64,000 nt of DNA from an uncultured Thermotogaceae bacterium (lineage in GTDB: Bacteria > Thermotogota > Thermotogae > MWEM01), in assembly GCA_964580185.1 (NCBI GenBank), contig CAZOJQ010000006.1, positions 10,240 to 74,239 on the forward strand, read 5' to 3'. Numbering within the stretch: position 1 is the first letter of the stretch; each line of letters opens with the position of its first letter. Of this stretch, positions 18,872 to 27,887 are shown in pieces. Below the pieces are notes generated by a model. The model did no database searches. It was not told where the DNA came from and worked only from the letters and a program-made list of their open reading frames with translations. A program made the translations under genes and the position numbers.

Positions 18872-19531
18872 ATGAAAAACCGGTGGAAAGTATCGGTTAT
18901 GGTATTGTGTATCATTCCTTTGCTCTTCTCTTGCGACATTTTCCAGCCCCCATTTGATCCTGTTGCATTCTTTACGCCCATGTACAACGCGTTTCGTATC
19001 TTGGTTCAAACAACTCCGATTCCAGAGATCTCCGATGGGATTTTTAGCGATGGATTTGCCTCGGATGAACAAACCTTGCTCCAAACCTTCCGCGCCAACG
19101 GTCCCGAGATCCCTCAATCCATCAAGAACTTCGCAACCCAGTACATTCACCTGGGGGGGACTGCCACCAGAGATGGTGAGGCCTATGAGTTGGCTGAATG
19201 GTTGCTCTATATGATTTGTATATATTATGACCGTGTCACAATGTATGGGATCAACGAAGGGACTTTGCCGGTAACTATGCAGGAACGTTCTGGCGCATAT
19301 CTGGGCGACCTGCTTCCTGCCTATCTCCGAACCGTATACTTTACGGATTTGGTCTTCCGGATCAATCCTGAAATCGAAACTGAGAAGCTTTTCGTTACAG
19401 CCTTATGGCCATTCATGAAGTATGGAGATAAACCCTATATCATGACTATTTGGGAGGATGACCTTCCCGGTGGGGGATTTATTGAACTACCCATATTCCC
19501 AATACCATATTTTCTTATATTTTTCCTCTAA
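18872..19531 (+). CDS. Lipoprotein of unknown function, paralog 2 (219 aa)
   Basis: AAGGAGG SD then ATG 18872. Lipobox LFSC. Mature N-terminus CDIFQPPFDPVAFFTPM. Roughly 40% identical to paralog 1 over the full length. Confidence 0.6.
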   Translation: MKNRWKVSVMVLCIIPLLFSCDIFQPPFDPVAFFTPMYNAFRILVQTTPIPEISDGIFSDGFASDEQTLLQTFRANGPEIPQSIKNFATQYIHLGGTATRDGEAYELAEWLLYMICIYYDRVTMYGINEGTLPVTMQERSGAYLGDLLPAYLRTVYFTDLVFRINPEIETEKLFVTALWPFMKYGDKPYIMTIWEDDLPGGGFIELPIFPIPYFLIFFL

Positions 19532-19611
19532 GCAATTCGAGAATCCCCCCGTTGGTACAACCAAAACTCCCTACCTAAGACTCCCCTTATGGTCGGAAGG
19601 AGGCGTTCGGT

Positions 19612-19809
19612 ATGCATATGCACAAACTGCACATTCCTGATATGTCCTGCGATCACTGTGTTCGTCGAATCCGAGAAGCCTTGGAATCAGAAGGCGTCAA
19701 GATCGCGCAAATCAACTTGAAGACGAAAGAAGTAACCTTGGAAACCCTGCAGATCGATCCGATTCTGGAAATCCTGGAAGACATAGGATATCCGGCCATC
19801 CTATTATAA
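19612..19809 (+). CDS. Heavy-metal-associated (HMA) domain protein, CopZ-like metallochaperone
   Basis: 65-aa ferredoxin-like HMA fold with the metal-binding motif MSCDHC. GGAAGGAGG SD. Confidence 0.65.
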   Translation: MHMHKLHIPDMSCDHCVRRIREALESEGVKIAQINLKTKEVTLETLQIDPILEILEDIGYPAILL

Positions 19810-19874
19810 ACCATGGATTGGCCGGTCTTTTTTCATCGGCCTTTGCATAGGATCCATACGGATGTGCACCACTT

Positions 19875-21218
19875 TTGCAGATAAGAGGTGGCATTTTGAA
19901 ACGATTGACTGGGGAAAAGAAACGGTTTCTGAAGGAAACAGCTCAAGCATACGCATTCCTTCTTCCTTCTTTCATTATCTTGGGGATTTTTACCTTTTGG
20001 CCGATTGGGTATTCTCTGGTGCTTTCTTTTTTCAACTGGAACTTCGCCACGATGCGTAACCCGTTTTTTCACGGTTGGGCCAACTACGCGGAATTGTTTC
20101 GGATTCAAACTCCCCTTTCCTACTCGTTTTCGGTAGGACTGGCATATTCCTTTCTGTATATAGCTCTGGCTTTATGGGCCAACCAATGGATCCGTATGCT
20201 TGTATCTTCGATCCAGCATCCCCAACGCCACATTGACCTCAGCCGTCTTCGGAAGATCGGGATTACTTTTGCCATCTCCCTCTCGTTCCTCCTGGGGGTT
20301 TTCTTCAGCCAAATGCAGCATATTCCTGGGATATGGATCGTTGGGTGTGTTTCGGTTTTTGGCATGCTCCTCATGAAAAAACGGTTGTCATCGCCCTTTT
20401 CCTCGAGTCTTTGGTTTTCTTTGCTCTGTGTTGTCGGTCTTTATGCGCTGATGCGACACCTAAGCGGAGTTCCGTATGAACTTTTCGATTTTCTCGTCAT
20501 GACCAAAGAGGCTTCTCTATTCATCAAAGCGATCTATAACACCCTTTATTACGTTGTGTTGACAACCCCCACAGGAATCATCATCAGTCTTGGAATTGCC
20601 TTATTGTTGAATCTACCCCTTCAGGGGAAGCCATTTTTCCGAACGGCTTTTTTTATCCCGTATGTTACTTCGGTTGTTGCCATCTCCCTAGTATGGCAAT
20701 GGATTTTCAACGATAGTTTTGGATTGATGAACTATATAATTACCCTGTTCGGAGGCAGTCCAGTGCGGTGGTTGACCGATGAGCGATGGACGATCCCTAC
20801 GGTGGCTATCATATCTGTTTGGAAGAGTGTAGGATATAATGCGATTATTTTTTTGGCCGGATTGCAAAGCATTGATAAATTTTATTACGAAGCCGCTGAG
20901 GTGGATGGGGCAAAAAGCCTGCAAAAATTCCGACACATCACTTGGCCTTTGCTATCTCCCACCACTTTTTTTGTCCTCATCGTTTCTGTGATATCCAATT
21001 TTAAGGTTTTTACGGAAATTTTCGTTCTTTATAATCAAGTCCCCGGACCCTACAACAATAGCGGGATGACGATGGTATACTATATCTTCAACCAATTCTA
21101 CGCTGCACAACAGATGGGAAAAGCAAGCGCAGCCGCGTATATCCTCTTTATGATCATACTGGTGCTCACATTCTTCCAATTCCGAGTTGGGAGGCAAAAG
21201 GTGCAGTATGTCGGATAA
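19875..21218 (+). CDS. Carbohydrate ABC transporter permease, MalF/UgpA-type, with extra N-terminal/loop sequence (about 447 aa)
   Basis: EAAEVDGAKSLQKFRHITWPLL EAA-loop and multiple TM helices. Start uncertain: TTG 19875 or TTG 19896 after AGAGGTGG. Confidence 0.75.
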   Translation: MQIRGGILKRLTGEKKRFLKETAQAYAFLLPSFIILGIFTFWPIGYSLVLSFFNWNFATMRNPFFHGWANYAELFRIQTPLSYSFSVGLAYSFLYIALALWANQWIRMLVSSIQHPQRHIDLSRLRKIGITFAISLSFLLGVFFSQMQHIPGIWIVGCVSVFGMLLMKKRLSSPFSSSLWFSLLCVVGLYALMRHLSGVPYELFDFLVMTKEASLFIKAIYNTLYYVVLTTPTGIIISLGIALLLNLPLQGKPFFRTAFFIPYVTSVVAISLVWQWIFNDSFGLMNYIITLFGGSPVRWLTDERWTIPTVAIISVWKSVGYNAIIFLAGLQSIDKFYYEAAEVDGAKSLQKFRHITWPLLSPTTFFVLIVSVISNFKVFTEIFVLYNQVPGPYNNSGMTMVYYIFNQFYAAQQMGKASAAAYILFMIILVLTFFQFRVGRQKVQYVG

Positions 21219-23598
21219 GCGAATGAAAAAAAACCGAATCAAAAAACCCTTGTTTTGGAGCATTGTGTACTTTGCTCTGGGGGTAGGCGTTATCGTCATG
21301 TTGATGCCTTTTGTATGGATGATCCTCACATCCTTCAAACTCAGCGGAGAAGTGGAAAGTTTTCCCCCCCGATGGACCACCGACGCCTTCTCTTCGCACC
21401 GTTCGGTCCAATTGAATCTCATCCGGGGAGAAGGGTTTGCCATTGACTTTTCATCCCTCCGCCTTGAAGAATTTCTGAACCTGGATGTTCTTCTGGCGAG
21501 CGCCCAGGAAGAGGGTGAAAAGCTCCTCTCCCTAAGCATTAACGATGACCCTCCTTATCGGGGCACCATGACCCTGACGCTGGGATCCCAAGATAGCGTC
21601 GTTACGTACACCCAAGATATTCCATCCGAAATGCGCCATCGTTTCGATCAGAATGTGGACTCCTTTTTTCCGCTTCCCGATGATCTGATGCTTCCGGTCA
21701 TGGAGATCTTGGAGATCGAAGATACCACTTTGATGTTGATTGGTCTCAAGAACTACCTCTTTTTTGGGCAAAACAGCCTCGTTACCCGGAGATTATTGAC
21801 TCAGTGGATCAGCCAGACCATGGAACGATCCAACCAGGTCCTGATCGATCAGGGAGACAGATGGATCAGTCACGCTCGACTTCAGGATGATTCAGGCGAC
21901 AGCGTAGAAGTTGCAGAAGAAAAACAGAGAATTCGCGCCTTTTTCCAAGAGTCGATGGATCTTTTTCCCACCACGATGGCGCGTCTCCAGCTGCGTTTGG
22001 ATGACCTCCGCAGAGGGCGACAGATTTTTGAAGCCAATGAAATCACAGAGTTTGCTGTTTTCTTCAAAGAGCTGATTCGGCCTTTGGTCGACCTCCCTGA
22101 CACGACAACCACTTGGGCGGCGTTGAATCTGTATCATCGGAATTTTGCGCAACCCCTGTTGATCGTTCAGAATCTTCTTTCTTTGTCCATGGAAACTTGG
22201 GTTTTCTATGAACAAGCGCAGGACTATAGAGCGGAAGACTTCTCCATCCGGTTCCAGTTTCCCAGTGAAGAAACCCAGAAATCCGCCATTATCAAGCAAT
22301 TGGAACGCGCTCCTTTGACCAACCATCAGATCACAACCACTTTTGATATCATAGAATCCGTTCGGCTCGGAGAATACTCCACCCGATTGTTGCAGATCAT
22401 CAATCAGTATTGGGATGAACGGCTCGATCAAATTGGAATCCCAAGGGTTCGCCATCCTGGAGTTATTGCTCAGCTTCGCGAAATTACCGATCCTTTGCAC
22501 TCTTTGTTTGCTCCGTTTTTCCGTGAAAAGGGCCTATTGGAGGATCATACTATTGATCGGTTGACCGATCATTCATGGACCCAGCTGGGCGATATGGCGC
22601 GATGGAACACTGATCAAAGCAGTCTGTTTGCTCAAGCGATCGTTCGAACCCGCCTGCTTTTGGCCAATGACAAGATATCGGAGGGCGAGATCGCATCTCT
22701 CATCATTGCGCGGATTTCTGAAGATCACTGGATTCGGGTCTTTTCGGACATATACAATCGAGAAACCGCTCGAATGGAGATCCTCTCTGCTCCAGAACAG
22801 GTCCGTTCCATCCGCTATCGAGGATTGCGAACCATCGAAGTGGAATTTGGTGGTATCGACCCGTTTTGGTTCTGGGACGAACCCTCGCGCCTTACTGTTT
22901 CCTTTACCCCGGGGGAGATCGTTGCCAACATCTTTCAAAACTACGTGAACGCATGGAATGCAGGGAAATACTTCGGGTACTACTATTTCAACACAGTATT
23001 TATTGCCATAGTCACAACGTTTTTAAACATCATATTTGCGGCCATGGCTGCTTTTGCCTTTTCGAAGATGCGCTTCTTTGCAAAAAATGCCATCTTTATG
23101 ATCTTTATATCCACCATGATGGTCCCCGGTGAAGTTTTGCTGGTTCCTAACTATATTACCTTGACTCGATTTGGTTGGATCGATACCTATTGGGCCTTGA
23201 TCGTTCCGTGGACTGTCAGTGTCTTTGTCATTTTCCTCATGCGGCAGCACTTTTTGACTGTGCCGGACGAGCTGTATGATGCGGGAAAGATTGATGGAAT
23301 CACCAAATGGGGGTTTTTGTGGCGGGTTATGGTGCCTCTGTCCAAACCGGTGATCATCACAGGGGCATTGCTCCAGTTTGTTGGCAGCTGGAACGCCTTC
23401 CTGTGGGTGTTGATCGTGACCAAAAGCCCTCAGGTGCGTACCTTGCCTGTCGGATTGGCTAACTTTAGCAGTGAAGTAGGCACTATGTACAATCAGCTCA
23501 TGGCCGCGTCGACCTTCTCTATGCTGCCTGTGGTCATTCTGTTTTTGTTTGTGCAAAAATACTTTATCCAAGGAATCGCGCGTACGGGATTGAAATGA
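21208..23598 (+). CDS. Giant MalG/UgpE-type ABC permease with a roughly 520-aa mostly helical insertion between TM1 and TM2
   Basis: N-terminal TM (LFWSIVYFALGVGVIVMLMPFVWMIL), then about 520 aa with no TM, then a canonical MalG core (DAGKIDGITKWGFLWRVMVPLSKPVIITGALLQF EAA loop plus 5 TM). Candidate in-frame ATGs at 21208 and 21223. Confidence 0.7.
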   Translation: MSDKRMKKNRIKKPLFWSIVYFALGVGVIVMLMPFVWMILTSFKLSGEVESFPPRWTTDAFSSHRSVQLNLIRGEGFAIDFSSLRLEEFLNLDVLLASAQEEGEKLLSLSINDDPPYRGTMTLTLGSQDSVVTYTQDIPSEMRHRFDQNVDSFFPLPDDLMLPVMEILEIEDTTLMLIGLKNYLFFGQNSLVTRRLLTQWISQTMERSNQVLIDQGDRWISHARLQDDSGDSVEVAEEKQRIRAFFQESMDLFPTTMARLQLRLDDLRRGRQIFEANEITEFAVFFKELIRPLVDLPDTTTTWAALNLYHRNFAQPLLIVQNLLSLSMETWVFYEQAQDYRAEDFSIRFQFPSEETQKSAIIKQLERAPLTNHQITTTFDIIESVRLGEYSTRLLQIINQYWDERLDQIGIPRVRHPGVIAQLREITDPLHSLFAPFFREKGLLEDHTIDRLTDHSWTQLGDMARWNTDQSSLFAQAIVRTRLLLANDKISEGEIASLIIARISEDHWIRVFSDIYNRETARMEILSAPEQVRSIRYRGLRTIEVEFGGIDPFWFWDEPSRLTVSFTPGEIVANIFQNYVNAWNAGKYFGYYYFNTVFIAIVTTFLNIIFAAMAAFAFSKMRFFAKNAIFMIFISTMMVPGEVLLVPNYITLTRFGWIDTYWALIVPWTVSVFVIFLMRQHFLTVPDELYDAGKIDGITKWGFLWRVMVPLSKPVIITGALLQFVGSWNAFLWVLIVTKSPQVRTLPVGLANFSSEVGTMYNQLMAASTFSMLPVVILFLFVQKYFIQGIARTGLK

Positions 23599-23701
23599 TC
23601 CCGTTCTGATTCAAGGATTGACTGCAAATGCCGATAAACCCGATGATCGGATTCTGACCGATGAATCCGCGCGCAGCTGATTGTTTGAGGGAGGGGTAAT
23701 C

Positions 23702-24106
23702 ATGAAACGTTGGATTTGCGTATGTATTCTGATTTTTTTGGTTGGATTGTCGTTTTCACAAGTCCTATTTTATTATCCTGCGCCAAGCAGTCGTGATTCC
23801 TGGTTGATGCCTTCTCTTCGCTCTCCCCTGAGTTACTATGGATATACCCATTTCCCCTATTCATACGCGCCAGTATCAGCATATTATCCACAGTACATTT
23901 ATTCTACCTTACGAATGCCGATGGTTTCCGTTCCGGTAGGGTACTATTCAGCCGGATACGGCTTCATGTCCGGGTCATTCTATGGGTTTCGGGGGTATAC
24001 GCTTCCACCGGTGATCAACCCTGGATATTCGACAAGCATCATCGCCCCCTATTGGGGTCACTATCCCGTTTATCCGCTGATGCCCCAGCTGTATTGGGGC
24101 TGGTAA
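23702..24106 (+). CDS. Small secreted Tyr/Pro/Gly-rich low-complexity protein (134 aa)
   Basis: GAGGGAGGGG SD then ATG 23702. Signal peptide MKRWICVCILIFLVGLSFSQ. Mature part is about 18% Tyr with repeated YY, YG and YP dipeptides. Confidence 0.5.
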   Translation: MKRWICVCILIFLVGLSFSQVLFYYPAPSSRDSWLMPSLRSPLSYYGYTHFPYSYAPVSAYYPQYIYSTLRMPMVSVPVGYYSAGYGFMSGSFYGFRGYTLPPVINPGYSTSIIAPYWGHYPVYPLMPQLYWGW

Positions 24107-24107
24107 T

Positions 24108-24791
24108 ATGCCCAAGAAAGCGCTTTTGCTGGTATTGGTGAGTTTTTTCCTCCTATGGATATCCGCTTTTTCCGATTGGATTCTCTTGACGGACGGAACT
24201 AAGATTCAAGGAACCGTTGTGCGATTCGACGAGTCCATAATCGAATTTACATTGGCGAACGGCGGGCTTCTGAAGGTTTCCCGAGACGCCATTTCCACCA
24301 TCGAGTACACCCCCATCTCCTCGTATTCCGTTCAATCGACCACCCAGTATACCCGTACCCCTGCTGATCTTTCGGCTTCGAGTCAGTATCCATTCATACC
24401 GGGAGAATGGTTGGCTTTAGACATGGAACTCGAAGCGCGCAAACGGTTTTTGATGTACAATGAACGGTTGAAAGACCCGTGGATGGCGGCAGCTTTCGGT
24501 TTTTTCCTCTCCAGCGCGGGCCATTTATACACGGAAGAATGGATCCGAGGCCTCTTTTTCCTAGGTGCTAGAGCTGTATGTGTAGGAATTGGACTTTGGG
24601 GGTTTCAAACCTGGTTTAATGAAGAGACTGAGGAATGGATCCCTATGAATCCGACCGTGGGCGCCGTTGGTCTGGGAGGGTTTGCGTTGGTTTCGATTTG
24701 GGAAAGTGTAGATGCGTATTTCTCGGCAGAAAGATACAATCGGATACTGAGGCTGCGTTTGGGTATCGAAGACCTGTATCCCTTTTGGTAG
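24108..24791 (+). CDS. Hypothetical membrane protein: signal/TM, soluble beta-rich domain, three C-terminal TM helices
   Basis: ORF begins 1 nt after the upstream stop. Hydrophobic N-terminus, then FLSSAGHLY / LGARAVCVGIGLWGF / VGAVGLGGFALVSIW helices. Confidence 0.45.
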   Translation: MPKKALLLVLVSFFLLWISAFSDWILLTDGTKIQGTVVRFDESIIEFTLANGGLLKVSRDAISTIEYTPISSYSVQSTTQYTRTPADLSASSQYPFIPGEWLALDMELEARKRFLMYNERLKDPWMAAAFGFFLSSAGHLYTEEWIRGLFFLGARAVCVGIGLWGFQTWFNEETEEWIPMNPTVGAVGLGGFALVSIWESVDAYFSAERYNRILRLRLGIEDLYPFW

Positions 24792-24817
24792 ATCCTGGTG
24801 ATTGACCCCTTTACGAG

Positions 24818-24856
24818 AAAAAAAGCCCTCCCGAATTCGGTTGGGCTTGTTTTCTT
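24818..24856. terminator. Bidirectional intrinsic terminator (AAGCCC...GGGCTT hairpin flanked by A-run and T-run)
   Basis: aaaaaaAGCCCtcccgaattcggttGGGCTTgttttctt; serves the + strand gene ending at 24791 and the minus-strand tRNA-Val. Confidence 0.5.
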
Positions 24857-24862
24857 GGGAGC

Positions 24863-24937
24863 TGGTGGGTGCGGTAGGAATTGAACCTACGGCCTATTCC
24901 GCGTCAAGGAATCGCTCTCCCCCTGAGCTACGCACCC
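24863..24937 (-). tRNA. tRNA-Val (anticodon GAC), CCA encoded
   Basis: Reverse complement folds as GGGTGCG-TA-GCTC-AGGGGGA-GAGC-G-ATTCC-TTGACGC-GGAAT-AGGCC-GTAGG-TTCAATT-CCTAC-CGCACCC-A-CCA. Confidence 0.9.
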
Positions 24938-25080
24938 TCTCGACGCTCCTGAACATACAGGGGTTATTATACCATATGGCAGCTTCAGGATGTGTATCCA
25001 ATGATCGATAATTATTATGAACTTCACGTTACTGTTCTCTGTATAAAAACGGATATCTTCCATTCATGGGGGAATGATTT

Positions 25081-26439
25081 GTGCCGAAACCGTCCCATTC
25101 GCTCGAATCGATGATCCATCTCCAAAAAAAGGGGAGCCTCCGCCCTTCTGACATATTGCATCATGCGAAAACCGTGATCCAGAATCAGGATCCACAGGTT
25201 CGTTGTATGCTCTTTGTTCCTTCGACAGACCATAGCCTCAAGGATTGCGACGGAGACCACAGAGTCGTCTTTCCGTTCGTGGTAAGCGATAATCTTCTCG
25301 CGTTGGGCACGCCAACGACCTGCGGAAGCAAGATCATGCGCAACTACCTCTCCCCTTTTGACGCAACAGTAGTGGAGCGGCTCCGAAAAGCCGGAGGAGT
25401 ATTGGTTGGGAAGACAAACATGGATGAGTTTTCGATGGGCTTGACAACTGAAACCTCGGGATTTTATCCCACTAAGAATCCCCATGATTTGCACCGAACT
25501 CCAGGGGGAGGCTGCGGAGGCTCGGCTGTGGCGGTTGCCTCTGGAATCGCCCCAGTGGCATTGGGCAGTGATACTGAAGGATCGATTCGGATTCCTGCCT
25601 CGTTTTGTCGGGTGATCGGTTACAAACCCAGCTATGGATTGATCTCCCGTCATGGTTTGATCACCCCTTGTCCATCAATGGACACAATCGGATTGATCTG
25701 TGGTTCCATAAGGGATGCCGCTTTGTGCGCGTCATGGATCATGGGTTCCGATCAGAAAGACGCTACAATGCGATCGGAGTCTTTCAATGGATTGGAAACG
25801 ATTGAGTCTCCGGTGGATTCTCTTCGTTTGTGTATATTGGAGCCCTCTAACCCTGTTCCCGTGCATCCCCAAATCAAAGAATCCTTTGATCGAGCCATAC
25901 AAACCCTACGCAAAACGGGGACTCATATCCAGGCAGAACCCTTTATTTCGTACACGACCCTCCGCGCGACTCATCACGCTCTCAGTTGTGCAGAAGCTGT
26001 TTCCAGCCTCTCACGATGCTTTTCATATGCCCGGAATACGGATCCATCTTCCCTCCGCAAATTAGGCCTGGCAGTTAAATCCCGAATTCTCTTTGGTACC
26101 CTCTGTTTATCAGACCCAGATGCGACTCAAACGCTCCATGTCGCTCGATGTATTCGAAATGCGGTTTCCCGAAGAATTTGCGTCCTTCTGGAGCGGTATG
26201 ATGCCGTTATCAGCCCAACAACCCCCTTTCTCCCGCCAAAACCGGGATCAAACCTCATTGAGCTCAGTGCATTCACGCTGTTGGCCGACCTGGCTGGGTT
26301 ACCGGCAATCACCATGCCCATGGATCCGGACCAAGGGCTGCTTTGCGGTATCCAGATCATGAGCGGTCCAAAGAAAGATGCAAAGCTCTTCCGAATCGCC
26401 AAGCAACTCGAACGAATTCTTGGAGTGGATCAACTGTGA
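25081..26439 (+). CDS. gatA: Glutamyl/aspartyl-tRNA amidotransferase subunit A
   Basis: Amidase signature GGGCGGSAVAVASG...GSDTEGSIRIPASFC; the N-terminus aligns with GatA. GTG start after GGGGGAA. Confidence 0.85.
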   Translation: MPKPSHSLESMIHLQKKGSLRPSDILHHAKTVIQNQDPQVRCMLFVPSTDHSLKDCDGDHRVVFPFVVSDNLLALGTPTTCGSKIMRNYLSPFDATVVERLRKAGGVLVGKTNMDEFSMGLTTETSGFYPTKNPHDLHRTPGGGCGGSAVAVASGIAPVALGSDTEGSIRIPASFCRVIGYKPSYGLISRHGLITPCPSMDTIGLICGSIRDAALCASWIMGSDQKDATMRSESFNGLETIESPVDSLRLCILEPSNPVPVHPQIKESFDRAIQTLRKTGTHIQAEPFISYTTLRATHHALSCAEAVSSLSRCFSYARNTDPSSLRKLGLAVKSRILFGTLCLSDPDATQTLHVARCIRNAVSRRICVLLERYDAVISPTTPFLPPKPGSNLIELSAFTLLADLAGLPAITMPMDPDQGLLCGIQIMSGPKKDAKLFRIAKQLERILGVDQL

Positions 26440-27878
26440 CCAAGATCCCGATTCGGATTGGTTTGGAAATCCATGCCCAACTCAAGACAAGAACCAAATT
26501 ATTCTGCAGATGCCCGGCGCAGGCATTTGGTATGGCTCCCAATCACTATATCTGCCCCACATGCAGCGGGCAACCCGGATCCCTTCCTGTGTTAAATCAT
26601 CATGCCGTGGAACTGTCCATTCAAACCGCTTTGGCGATAGGATCAAAAGTGCAATTGGAAAGCTCCTTTGATCGCAAAACCTATCAATACCCGGATCTTC
26701 CAAAAGGGTATCAGATTACGCAACACAACCATCCAATCGCGCGCGGTGGTGGGCTTGTGATCCGGAGCAACGGAAGAAAAGTTCGTGTGAGAATCCAAAG
26801 GATTCATTTGGAAGAAGATACCGGAAAACTCGTATCCATACCCACGCAAAAAAAGACAGACGCTTTGTTGGATCTCAATCGGAGCGGTGTTCCTCTCATT
26901 GAGATCGTTACCTACCCTGAACTCACCTCGCCCGAAGAAGCCGCGCAGTTTTTGGATCGATTGAGAACCCTCATGATCCTCTTGAACATTTGCACTGGCG
27001 CGATGGAACAAGGCGCCTTTCGCTGTGACGCAAATATCTCTCTGATCGACCAAAAAGATCCGATATCAACGACTCAGGTTGAAATCAAGAACCTCAACTC
27101 CTTTCATCATATGCGCAGCGCTTTGTCCTACGAGGCCAACCGTTTGGCAGCCAACCGAAATCACCCAAAAAACACCCTTGTTGAAACGCGGGGATGGGAT
27201 GAGACGCAGAAAAAAACCTACCACTTACGGACCAAACCAGCGGGAGGATACCGGTATATTCCGGATCCCGATCTACCACCCATTCGTTTGAAAATGGGGA
27301 TGGTGCAACAGATCAAAGAAGGTATGCCTGAGCTCCCCTTCACTCGCGCTGATCGAATCGCGAAAACCTACGGACTCAATACCGAGCAATCTGAAATCTT
27401 AGCCTTTCGGCCAACCCTATGCGATTTCTTTGAAGAATGCGTCCAATCTTTCCGGCATGTCTCCCAAGTGAGTCAATGGGTTCTTCATTTCGTCCACCCC
27501 ATTTTAAATCGGCAGAATCGAGAAATCCACCAGACCTGCCTCAATCCTCAACACCTCATCGACCTGCTCAAGCGAGTGAACGATGGGCGGATCACGGACC
27601 ATCTCGCCAGGAATGCATTGCCCGATTTGATGGAATGGGGTGGATCCGTTCAGGAATTGCTTACAGCCAAAGGGTTGGAACCGATTACAAGCCAAGAACA
27701 GGTAGAAGACTGGGTCCGTAGAATCGTCAGCAACCATCCTCGGGAGAGAGCGGAATACCTACAGGGAAGAACCAACATTCTCCATTTTTTTATTGGTCAA
27801 GTTATGAAAGCCACCCGAGGGCAGGCAGAACCCATCGAAGTGCGAAAAGCCTTGGAAAAAAGGCTAAAGGAGGTGTAA
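26436..27878 (+). CDS. gatB: Glutamyl/aspartyl-tRNA amidotransferase subunit B
   Basis: IGLEIHAQLKTRTKLFCRCP...CPTCSGQPGSLP GatB N-terminal block and a C-terminal GatB_Yqey domain. GTG 26436 overlaps the gatA TGA (GTGA) and is preceded by GGAGTGG. Confidence 0.9.
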   Translation: MTKIPIRIGLEIHAQLKTRTKLFCRCPAQAFGMAPNHYICPTCSGQPGSLPVLNHHAVELSIQTALAIGSKVQLESSFDRKTYQYPDLPKGYQITQHNHPIARGGGLVIRSNGRKVRVRIQRIHLEEDTGKLVSIPTQKKTDALLDLNRSGVPLIEIVTYPELTSPEEAAQFLDRLRTLMILLNICTGAMEQGAFRCDANISLIDQKDPISTTQVEIKNLNSFHHMRSALSYEANRLAANRNHPKNTLVETRGWDETQKKTYHLRTKPAGGYRYIPDPDLPPIRLKMGMVQQIKEGMPELPFTRADRIAKTYGLNTEQSEILAFRPTLCDFFEECVQSFRHVSQVSQWVLHFVHPILNRQNREIHQTCLNPQHLIDLLKRVNDGRITDHLARNALPDLMEWGGSVQELLTAKGLEPITSQEQVEDWVRRIVSNHPRERAEYLQGRTNILHFFIGQVMKATRGQAEPIEVRKALEKRLKEV

Positions 27879-27887
27879 GTTTACCGA

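Noticed and set aside
19810-19874. Possible terminator after the copZ-like gene (GGCCG...CGGCC with internal T-run)
   Set aside because: The T-run lies inside the loop rather than after the stem, and the stem is only 5 bp. Not convincing as an intrinsic terminator.
21892-22500. 202-aa minus-strand ORF and neighbours (21882..22112, 22573..22938, 23023..23571) inside the giant permease gene
   Set aside because: All sit within the span of the long forward ORF and show no domain signatures or RBS-supported starts. Treated as shadow frames. If the forward gene were actually split by a sequencing error these would need re-evaluation.
24802-25011. 69-aa plus-strand ORF overlapping tRNA-Val and the adjacent terminator
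   Set aside because: It is read across a minus-strand tRNA gene. tRNA structure explains the conservation better, and there is no SD.
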